The translations under genes and the position numbers were made by a program. 64,000 nt of DNA from an uncultured bacterium (lineage in GTDB: Bacteria; Pseudomonadota; Alphaproteobacteria; UBA8366; JADFVY01), in assembly GCA_965603635.1 (NCBI GenBank), contig CBFDDT010000003.1:6978-70977 (forward strand), in the 5' to 3' direction. The notes under the pieces are model-generated. The model did not search any database, was not told the DNA's origin, and saw only the letters and a list, made by a program, of their open reading frames with translations. This document shows positions 29,308 through 37,101 of this stretch, in pieces (the stretch's first letter is position 1; every line of letters starts with the position of its first letter).

Positions 29308-30188
29308 GCGTCATCGCCCGCCGGGTCGGCGCGCAGCATGGCGTCCATCATGCGCGCAACCCGCACCATTTCCCTGGTGTCATGCACCCGCACGATATCG
29401 GCGCCCCGCACAATCGACAGCGCAATCGTGGCGGCGGTGCCCTCCACGCGCTGGTCCGGCGGCAGGTCCAGAACACGGCCGATGAAAGATTTCCGGCTCG
29501 GGCCGGACAGGATCGGATAACCGAGCGCCTTGAAGCGCTCCATATGATTGATCAGCGCCATGTTCTGCTGGATCGTCTTGCCGAAGCCGATGCCCGGATC
29601 CAGAATGATCTGGTCGCGCGCCACGCCGGCGGCGAGCGCGGCCTCGGCCAGCGACTCCATCTCACGCGATACATCCGCCAGCAGATCGTCGTAACTGGCG
29701 CCCAGATAGCTGCCACCCAACTGATCGACAATTAATTCGTTGGGCCGGCTGCGGTTATGCATCAGAATCACCGGCGCGCCACGTTCCGCCGCCATGCGCC
29801 CCATCGCGGGGTCGGCCCTGAGGCCCCAGACGTCGTTGACGATATGCGCGCCGGCGTCCAGTGCGGCGGCGGCGACTTCCGCCTTGAACGTGTCTATCGA
29901 TATCAGGAGATCGGGAAATTCATCGGCCAGCGTCTCGATCACCGGCAGGACGCGTTCCATTTCCTCAGCCGCGCCAAGAGGCGTGGAGCCCGGCCGCGTG
30001 CTTTCCCCGCCGACGTCCAGAATATCCGCTCCCGCGTCCACGAAATCGCGGGCCTGGGCCATGGCACGGTCGAGGGCACCCTTGGCTTCCACGCGCAGAC
30101 CATCGCCCGAGAATGAGTCGGGCGTGACATTCAGGATGCCCATGACATAGGTGCGCGATCCCCAGTCGAACCGGTCCGTCAGGCGCAT
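29304..30188 (-). CDS. folP: Dihydropteroate synthase
   Basis: IMGILNVTPDSFSGDG, GADILDVGGESTRPG. It overlaps folK by 4 nt. Confidence 0.95.
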   Translation of the reverse strand: MRLTDRFDWGSRTYVMGILNVTPDSFSGDGLRVEAKGALDRAMAQARDFVDAGADILDVGGESTRPGSTPLGAAEEMERVLPVIETLADEFPDLLISIDTFKAEVAAAALDAGAHIVNDVWGLRADPAMGRMAAERGAPVILMHNRSRPNELIVDQLGGSYLGASYDDLLADVSREMESLAEAALAAGVARDQIILDPGIGFGKTIQQNMALINHMERFKALGYPILSGPSRKSFIGRVLDLPPDQRVEGTAATIALSIVRGADIVRVHDTREMVRVARMMDAMLRADPAGDDA

Positions 30189-30260
30189 GGATTATTGCTC
30201 CGCAGGTTGCTTCGTTCTGTTGCGCCTTATCCCCCAGCACCCCGTCCGATGCAAGCCCGA

Positions 30261-31901
30261 TCAGGCGGTGGGTAGTTTGTAGCCCTCGAAACGCTGGCGC
30301 AACTGGCGCTTGGAGACCTTGCCGGTCGCGGTTAGCGGCAGTTCATCGGCAAAGGCAATGTCGTCGGGCACCCAAAAATTGGCGACTGCACCGCGCAGGT
30401 ATTCCAGAATGGACTCCTTGTCCGCGTCATGGCCCTCGGCGGCAACGACGACCAGCAGGGGTCTCTCGCCCCATTTGGGATGCGGAATGGCGATTGCCGC
30501 GGCAGCCGCGACTGCCGGATGCCCCAGCGCCGCGCCTTCGAGGTCGATGGAGCTGATCCATTCGCCGCCGGACTTTATCAGATCCTTGGCGCGGTCGGTA
30601 AGCTGCAGGTTGCCATGCTCGTCGATCACGCCGATATCGCCGGTGCGGAACCAGCCGTCCTCGTCGAAGGCGGCTTCGCTGGCCTCTGCATCATTGTAAT
30701 ACCCGCTGATCACCGTATTTCCGCGCAACAGAACCTCGCCCGCCGTGGCGCCATCATGTGGCGCGGCAACACCGTCATCGTCAACGAGTTTGAATTCCAC
30801 ACAAAATGTTGGCCGACCCTGCTTGAGCTTGAACTTTTGTTGGTCCTCTCCTTCCAGATTATCCGGGATAGAGCTCGGCATGGTGGCGGAGCCGATCGGG
30901 CTGATTTCCGTAAGACCCCATCCCTGAATAAACTCCACGCCGTGATCCTCAATATCCTTGATCAATTGTAGCGAAGGCGCCGCGCCGCCGCAGATAACAT
31001 TCTTGAGGCTGGAAAAGGCGGATCCGGTCTCGGCCACATGTTGCATCATACCGTGCCACAATGTCGGCACGCCCGCGGTAGCCGTTACCTGTGCACGTTC
31101 CACCATGTCATACAGCCCGGCGCCATCCAGTTTCGGCCCCGGCATCGCCATGGACGCACCAATAATCGGGCAGGCATAGGGGTATCCCCATGCGCAGACG
31201 TGGAACATCGGCACCGCCGGCATGAACACGTCTCTGCGCGTAAGCCACCCATCAAATAATGCGATGGAGGACAGGGCATGCAACACCGTCGAGCGGTGAC
31301 TGTATAACGCGCCCTTGGGGTTCCCAGTTGTGCCGGATGTATAACAGAGCGCCGCCGCCGTTCGTTCGTCCAGTTCGGGCCAGTCAATCATTTCTGGCTG
31401 GCCGTCCAGCAGATCCTCGTAACATTGCAGATTGTCGATCGCGCTTTCGGGCATACCGGCCGCATCTGTCATCACAATCACGCCCTCTATCGTGTTCAGG
31501 GCCGGCGCCAGACCTTCGATCAGAGCAAACAGTGTCGGATCGATGAAAACGAAGCGATCCTCCGCGTGATTGAAAATGTGGACCAACTGTTCGTGGAACA
31601 GGCGTGGATTGACAGTGTGACAGACCGCGCCGATGCCGGAGATCGCATAGTAGAGCTCGAAATGCCGGTAATCGTTCCAGGCCACGGTGGCAATGCGGTC
31701 GCCCGGCCTTACTCCCATCGCCATCAGGCCATGCGCCAGCCTGGCAATGCGCTTGGCGGCATCGCGGTAACCGTGGCTGTGGATATTTCCCGCCGCGTCC
31801 CGCGAAATAATCTGTCTGCCACCATGCGCTTTCGCGGCGTAGTCGATAATCGACGAGATCAGGAGCGGTCGCTCCATCATCTGTCCGAATATTGCAGTCA
31901 T
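30261..31901 (-). CDS. Medium/long-chain acyl-CoA ligase (AMP-forming)
   Basis: The AMP-binding motifs are YTSGTTGNPKG and GWFRTGD. The start is ATG 31901 (MTAIFGQMMERPLL), after GGAGGAG. Confidence 0.9.
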   Translation of the reverse strand: MTAIFGQMMERPLLISSIIDYAAKAHGGRQIISRDAAGNIHSHGYRDAAKRIARLAHGLMAMGVRPGDRIATVAWNDYRHFELYYAISGIGAVCHTVNPRLFHEQLVHIFNHAEDRFVFIDPTLFALIEGLAPALNTIEGVIVMTDAAGMPESAIDNLQCYEDLLDGQPEMIDWPELDERTAAALCYTSGTTGNPKGALYSHRSTVLHALSSIALFDGWLTRRDVFMPAVPMFHVCAWGYPYACPIIGASMAMPGPKLDGAGLYDMVERAQVTATAGVPTLWHGMMQHVAETGSAFSSLKNVICGGAAPSLQLIKDIEDHGVEFIQGWGLTEISPIGSATMPSSIPDNLEGEDQQKFKLKQGRPTFCVEFKLVDDDGVAAPHDGATAGEVLLRGNTVISGYYNDAEASEAAFDEDGWFRTGDIGVIDEHGNLQLTDRAKDLIKSGGEWISSIDLEGAALGHPAVAAAAAIAIPHPKWGERPLLVVVAAEGHDADKESILEYLRGAVANFWVPDDIAFADELPLTATGKVSKRQLRQRFEGYKLPTA

Positions 31902-31912
31902 CCGCTCCTCCG

Positions 31913-32674
31913 TTACTCCGCGGCCGCCTGGCCTGATGCCACCTCCACGCTGTCGACCAGTTCGGCGCCTCGCGACGCCATGAAATAGAGGCCCAGATAA
32001 TGTGTCGCTTCTTGCGGGTGGGCGACTGTTTCCGACAGCCCCAAACCCGTGGCGACATCGCGCGGCAGATCGTAGGTCGAACAGCCCGCCGCATAGACCG
32101 AAATGTCCTTCAATGTCGGCATCATATCGTGATTGCGGGCCGACAACGTGGTGAGGACAAAATCCATGACGCAGATGTCGGTGCAAATTCCGACGACAAG
32201 CAGCCGGGTAAGCCCGTTACCGTTTACCCAGTCCACAACGCTGTTGCCGCCGTCCGGGCGTATCGCCCCGACGAAACCATTGATGCAGTCCTTGCGCACC
32301 AGTGTCGCCGCCTGCTCGTCTTCCAGCCATTTCAGTTCGGGCACCAGTTCCTCTTCGCCGGTGCCCTTCTCGCAATGAGGCGGATAGGGCGGCTCCGGCT
32401 TGCCGGGATCATGGGTGTCGAGGAAGGCCAGGATCGGCCAGCCCCGTGCCTGATATTCCCGGGCCAGCCGGTTCGTTTCATCGATCATCCGGGTCACCTG
32501 CGGGTTATCGACCGGCGGCGCCAGATTGCCGCATCCGACCGATGCAAAGCCGTTTACCTCGTCGACGATGACCAGTCCGGTACCGCTCCCGGTAATGTGA
32601 AGTCCGTTTATGGCGAGCGGCATGGCCTCTCGCAACATGCCGCTCAGCGTTGATTCCACGGGGTTTGAATTCAT
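31913..32674 (-). CDS. Isochorismatase-family cysteine hydrolase
   Basis: It has the D...K...C triad context (VIVDEVNGF, VVGICTDICV). Confidence 0.85.
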   Translation of the reverse strand: MNSNPVESTLSGMLREAMPLAINGLHITGSGTGLVIVDEVNGFASVGCGNLAPPVDNPQVTRMIDETNRLAREYQARGWPILAFLDTHDPGKPEPPYPPHCEKGTGEEELVPELKWLEDEQAATLVRKDCINGFVGAIRPDGGNSVVDWVNGNGLTRLLVVGICTDICVMDFVLTTLSARNHDMMPTLKDISVYAAGCSTYDLPRDVATGLGLSETVAHPQEATHYLGLYFMASRGAELVDSVEVASGQAAAE

Positions 32675-32739
32675 TCCTGCCTCTACTGTTTGCCTTAATT
32701 TAGCTTAAATTTTATAATAATTGTAATATTAATATATAT

Positions 32740-32775
32740 TTAACGTTATGTTAACGTTTGATGTTTGGTTATAAT
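32740..32775 (+). promoter_or_regulatory. Two TTAACGTT direct repeats spaced 11 bp apart, overlapping a candidate promoter (TATAAT at 32770-32775)
   Basis: TTAACGTT occurs at 32740-32747 and again at 32751-32758. They lie inside a roughly 120-bp AT-rich island between divergent genes. Confidence 0.4.
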
Positions 32776-32822
32776 ACACCATCGGGGAAAATTTGGATCA
32801 GAGGTTCTTTGGGGAGAAATCG

Positions 32823-33476
32823 ATGATAATGGGTGTGATAGATCGCCAATGGCTGCAGGGAATTGTTACGGGATTCGCTTTTGCGATTCTGGCGGCAATG
32901 CTGGCGCCATCGGCTAACGCGGCCGCGCCTGGGGAGGAGGCGGAAGCGTTTATGAATGACTTGGCGGTAACCGGGATCGCCCTGCTGGAAAAGGGCGATT
33001 ACACGAAGAGTGAGCGCGAACTGAAATTCCGCGAAATCGTCAGCAAGGGTTTCGCCCTGAAGGCTATCGGAAAATTCGTGGTCGGCCGCTACTGGCGCAA
33101 GATGGACTCGGTGCAGCAGGATGAATATCAGGAACTATTCTCCGAATGGCTGCTTAAGACCTATGCGAACCGCTTGGGCGGTTACCGCGGGCAGACGGTG
33201 GAAATCGTCAAGAGCATTGAGACTGCCTCCCGACATAAGGACGTCATCGTTACGACTCGGATAAACTTGGCGAACGGGCAGCCACCGATCAACATCGATT
33301 GGCGCGTGCGAAAATTTGGCGACGAATACAAGATCATCGACTTAGCCTTTGAAGGCGCAAGCATGATCGGCACACAGCGCAAGGAATTCGAATCGATCAT
33401 ACGGAAGGTGGGCGTTACCGGCCTGATAGACAGTCTGCGCGAGCGTCTCTCCGTGCTTCTGGCGGACACCGGCTGA
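32823..33476 (+). CDS. MlaC/Ttg2D-family phospholipid-binding periplasmic protein
   Basis: FREIVSKGFALKAIGKFVVGRYWRKM...EYQELFSEWLLKTYANRL. It has a signal peptide. The start is ATG 32823 after GGGGAG; TTG 32793 is an alternative. Confidence 0.8.
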   Translation: MIMGVIDRQWLQGIVTGFAFAILAAMLAPSANAAAPGEEAEAFMNDLAVTGIALLEKGDYTKSERELKFREIVSKGFALKAIGKFVVGRYWRKMDSVQQDEYQELFSEWLLKTYANRLGGYRGQTVEIVKSIETASRHKDVIVTTRINLANGQPPINIDWRVRKFGDEYKIIDLAFEGASMIGTQRKEFESIIRKVGVTGLIDSLRERLSVLLADTG

Positions 33477-33539
33477 GATTCATAAATTTAATAGTCTCCT
33501 GAATGGAATTGGGCTGCCCTTAGGTGGCCCGATTTCTTT

Positions 33540-34844
33540 TCAGTTGCCGCGCTCGGGATCGGTTATGTGTTTCAGATAGGCGATCAGTTCGGCGCGGTCC
33601 CGCGGTTCGTTCATGCGTTGCAGCGGCATCTTGGAACCCGGGGTGAACAGGTCGGGACCCTCGGCAAATAGCCTGTCTATATTTTCTTCTGTCCATATTA
33701 TGTCCGTGCCGACCAGCGCATCGGAATAGGGATACCCTTCGACGGTTCCGGCCGGGCGGCCGAATACACCGTATAAAGTCGGTCCCGCCTTGTCGGCGCC
33801 ATCAATTTCCGTAGTGTGGCAGGCCCGGCATTTACGAAACAGGCGGGCGCCCCGACTGCCGTCTTCCTCGTGCCCGGCGCCGGCGGTTTCCGTCAATTCG
33901 CCACCTAGCGGAATGCCGTATTCAACGTCCCAGATACGAACGATCCCGTCGGCGCCGGCCGACAGCAACAATCTGCCGTCTGGTGTAAAGGAAAGAGACC
34001 AGACCGGACCTTCATGACCTTCCATGGCATGGACGATTTTACCGCTGGCGAGGTGCCAGATCCTGACAGCCTTGTCGATACCGCCAGACGCAACCAGTTT
34101 TCCATTCGCGGAAATCGCGATCCCTATTATGGGGCCCGCATGGCCATACCAAATGGCCAGTTCCCGCCCGGTTTCCAGGTCCCACAAGCGGACGGTTTCG
34201 TCCACGCTGCCCGAGATCGCCTGGCGGCCGTCCGGCGTGAAGACGACGCTGTTTACGGCAAAGTCGTGGCCGGTTACCGTCAACAGCAATGCGCCGTCGG
34301 CGACGTTCCACAGATGCATGCTGGAATCATGCGCGCCCGAAAGCAACTTCTTGCCGTCCGGCGAGAACGCCACCGCATTGAAATTAGTATCGCGGCCTTC
34401 AAGTATACTCAGCGTTTCGCCCGACTCGATATCCCAGATCCGGATACTGCGATCCCAGGCCGCCGTGGCAGCGAGTTGGCCGTCCGGCGATACCGTCACG
34501 GCCGCTATCTTTCCCCTGTGCCCTGAGTATTTCCGGAGGACGGTTCCATCATCCAGTGACCAGAGAATCATCATTCCGTCGTCTGCGCCGGAAACAGCGC
34601 GGGCGCCGTCAGGCAGGAAGGCGACGCTGTTAACGCCGCCCTCATGGCCGTTGAACCGACCCGCCCTGCCGCTGTCCGGCAGGTTCCAGTGCATAACGGA
34701 ATAATCGAAGCTGGCGGTTAGCGCATGCCGGCCGTCCGGGGATATGGCGACGTCCTTGACGAAGCCGCCATGCCCCACGAGGTCGGCGCGCGCCACCGCC
34801 GACACGAACAGAACGGCCAGCGCGCTTGCTGTCCAGAACTTCAC
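33540..34844 (-). CDS. Secreted 7-blade WD40 beta-propeller fused to a C-terminal class I cytochrome c domain
   Basis: The signal peptide is VKFWTASALAVLFVSAVARA. Seven GH...W(D/N/S/H) repeats are present. The C-terminus reads FRKCRACH...GPTLYGVFGR...GSKMP...IAYLK. GTG start at 34844 after GGAGAG. Confidence 0.85.
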   Translation of the reverse strand: MKFWTASALAVLFVSAVARADLVGHGGFVKDVAISPDGRHALTASFDYSVMHWNLPDSGRAGRFNGHEGGVNSVAFLPDGARAVSGADDGMMILWSLDDGTVLRKYSGHRGKIAAVTVSPDGQLAATAAWDRSIRIWDIESGETLSILEGRDTNFNAVAFSPDGKKLLSGAHDSSMHLWNVADGALLLTVTGHDFAVNSVVFTPDGRQAISGSVDETVRLWDLETGRELAIWYGHAGPIIGIAISANGKLVASGGIDKAVRIWHLASGKIVHAMEGHEGPVWSLSFTPDGRLLLSAGADGIVRIWDVEYGIPLGGELTETAGAGHEEDGSRGARLFRKCRACHTTEIDGADKAGPTLYGVFGRPAGTVEGYPYSDALVGTDIIWTEENIDRLFAEGPDLFTPGSKMPLQRMNEPRDRAELIAYLKHITDPERGN

Positions 34845-34935
34845 GACCAGTACCCTCTCCTGTCCCGGTTCATGGTTCGGGAAACGGCGCGGCACGAAGG
34901 ACCACCTTTCAGGCAGCCCTTCGCGCCTTGCCCAA

Positions 34936-36102
34936 TCAGGCGGTCTGCGGTTTGGCGTCCCCGGCCACGGCCGTGGAACCGCCATCACCATCGTGATCCG
35001 GCGGCGGCGCCTCGCCTTTGACCTCGGCGACCCAAAGCCCATGATGTTCACGGGCCCAGTTCTCATCGACCATGCCGCTACCCATGGCGTCCCATGCACC
35101 TTCCATGCCCACTGATCCAATATAGATATGAGAGATGATGATGGCGATCATCACCGCGGCCATGACGGCATGCCAGAGAAGTGAAAGCTGCAGCTCCTCG
35201 ATCCCCGTAAGCGCGGTCGGGAGGTTCAGTCCAAAGACATTCAATAACGAGAAGGTCGGCCCAAACACGCTGAACGTGGAGGGGAACATCATCGACAATC
35301 CAGAAACGCTAAGCGTAACGCCCCCCAAAACAACGGACCAGAAAATGAATTTCTGACCGGCATTGAATTTTTTTGCGGGCGGGTGAACGTCCTTGGTAAA
35401 CAGCCCGCCGCCGACGGCAAGCCATTTCAGGTCGATACCCCGTGGGATATTATCCTTTACCCACAGCACGAAGATCAGCACGATCCCCGCCATAAAGGCG
35501 AAGGCGACGTAATGGTGAAGCAGTTTTCCATAGTAGGCGGTAAAGGCAAAAATTTGGTGCAACGCCCCGAATTCGCCAGGCGTCTCGCCCGCCTTGCCGA
35601 AAAGATAGCGGCCGTACATGACATTCAGTCCGGTTAACCCCAGCACGATGAAGCTGCCCGCGGTCAGCCAATGACCGATAAGTTCGATGCGGCTGAAACG
35701 TTCTATCAGCCTGCCGCTGAGCCCCGAGTCGATGCGTATGCGACCGCGCAGACCAAAGAAAAATCCCAGAATGACAAGCATGCCAACAATCATCCAGCCG
35801 CCGAAACTGGCAACGGGCCCATTGCGAGCATTACGCCAGTTCTCGCCCTCTGACTGGATCATCACCCCGGCCTTTTTGTCCGGGATCGAGACCGTGAATT
35901 GCTCTCCCTGGCGCACGGAGCGCCAAAACTCTGCGTCACTGTTCGCGCCAAGCGACTCGCCCGGCACCTCACCGGCTTGTTGCGCCATCGCCATGCCGGA
36001 GAAACCCGGCAGTTCGATCGTCGCCACGCCGAAGCCGGCCGCAAGCGTCAGCACGACCATAAATCGTGCAACATAACTGAAAGATTTGATTATTTTAGAC
36101 AT
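34936..36102 (-). CDS. Formate dehydrogenase gamma subunit (cytochrome b) with an N-terminal periplasmic extension
   Basis: The FdnI-type 4-TM core has conserved His residues (IGHWLTAG, LLHHYVAF, NAGQKFIFW, SHIYIG). The start is ATG 36102 after GGAGAG. Confidence 0.85.
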   Translation of the reverse strand: MSKIIKSFSYVARFMVVLTLAAGFGVATIELPGFSGMAMAQQAGEVPGESLGANSDAEFWRSVRQGEQFTVSIPDKKAGVMIQSEGENWRNARNGPVASFGGWMIVGMLVILGFFFGLRGRIRIDSGLSGRLIERFSRIELIGHWLTAGSFIVLGLTGLNVMYGRYLFGKAGETPGEFGALHQIFAFTAYYGKLLHHYVAFAFMAGIVLIFVLWVKDNIPRGIDLKWLAVGGGLFTKDVHPPAKKFNAGQKFIFWSVVLGGVTLSVSGLSMMFPSTFSVFGPTFSLLNVFGLNLPTALTGIEELQLSLLWHAVMAAVMIAIIISHIYIGSVGMEGAWDAMGSGMVDENWAREHHGLWVAEVKGEAPPPDHDGDGGSTAVAGDAKPQTA

Positions 36103-36136
36103 TCGCCCTCTCCGAAGAAATGGGTTTGCCGGATCG

Positions 36137-36337
36137 TTACCGTTGGCCATTGGCCCGATAACGAAGTTCGGTTAATTGCTCGTCCGTCAGGTTCTGGTCC
36201 GGCTTACCCATATAGGTCCCCTTTTCGAACTCCAGCGTTCTGTTCTGTTCTTCCTTGCGGCAACCACTGATCGCCAGTCCGGCCACCAACAGGCAGCCCA
36301 GCAACAGTGGCAAACGCGCTCTGCTCATTCCGTTCAT
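36137..36337 (-). CDS. 66-aa lipoprotein, hypothetical
   Basis: The lipobox is LLGCLLVAGLAISGC, after MNGMSRARLP. It sits between the FDH beta and gamma genes. Confidence 0.5.
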   Translation of the reverse strand: MNGMSRARLPLLLGCLLVAGLAISGCRKEEQNRTLEFEKGTYMGKPDQNLTDEQLTELRYRANGQR

Positions 36338-36407
36338 GGCCTCATATACCCTTTCATTCTCATGCTCTTCCGGCGCGGCGGTAACATACAGCTTTTTGTC
36401 GTCAATC

Positions 36408-36459
36408 TTCCCTGAAAATAAGAACAGGGGAGGCGCGGCCCGAAAGCCCCGCCCCCCCC
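36408..36459 (-). terminator. GC-rich hairpin plus T-rich tail between fdh beta and the lipoprotein/gamma genes (possible attenuator)
   Basis: The arms ggggaggcg (36427-36435) and cgccccccc (36450-36458) pair at 8 of 9 positions. On the minus strand the stem is followed by tgttcttattttc. A C8/G8 homopolymer lies at 36452-36459. Confidence 0.4.
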
Positions 36460-36491
36460 GGGTTATCTTGCAACAAGATCCTGTATCCGGC

Positions 36492-37088
36492 TCAGCTTCC
36501 CGATTTAAGCTGATAAGCCGTTCCCCAGCCCCAGGCGCCCGAGCCGAAGCCACGCGCTACAACGCGTTCGCGATAGATGTCGGATACGACATTGCCATCG
36601 CCGGCGAGTAGCGCCTTGGTCGAGCACATTTCCGCGCAAAGCGGGAGCTTGCCCTCGGCCAGACGGTTACGGCCATATTTCTGGAACTCAGCGTCGGACA
36701 TATCTTCTTCCGGGCCACCATTGCAGAAGGTGCATTTATCCATCTTGCCGCGGCTGCCAAAATTACCGGCGCTTGGATATTGGGGCGCGCCAAACGGGCA
36801 GGCGTAGAAGCAATAACCGCAACCGATGCACAGATCCTTGGAATGCAGAACCACGCCTTCCTCGGTTGAGTAGATGCAGTCGACCGGACACACCGCAATA
36901 CACGGTGCGTCCGAACAATGCATGCAAGCCACCGAAATCGAGCGTTCACCCGGTTTGCCGTCATTGATAGTAACGACCCGCCGGCGGTTTACACCCCACG
37001 GAACTTCGTTTTCGTTCTTACATGCAGTAACACAGGCGTTGCACTCGACACAGCGCTCGGCGTCACAAAGGAATTTCATGCGTGCCAT
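36492..37088 (-). CDS. Formate dehydrogenase iron-sulfur (beta) subunit, 4x[4Fe-4S] ferredoxin type, no membrane anchor
   Basis: The cysteine clusters are CVECNACVTAC, CMHCSDAPC, CIGCGYCFYAC and CTFC; 198 aa. Confidence 0.9.
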   Translation of the reverse strand: MARMKFLCDAERCVECNACVTACKNENEVPWGVNRRRVVTINDGKPGERSISVACMHCSDAPCIAVCPVDCIYSTEEGVVLHSKDLCIGCGYCFYACPFGAPQYPSAGNFGSRGKMDKCTFCNGGPEEDMSDAEFQKYGRNRLAEGKLPLCAEMCSTKALLAGDGNVVSDIYRERVVARGFGSGAWGWGTAYQLKSGS

Positions 37089-37101
37089 GATTTATGCCTC
37101 C

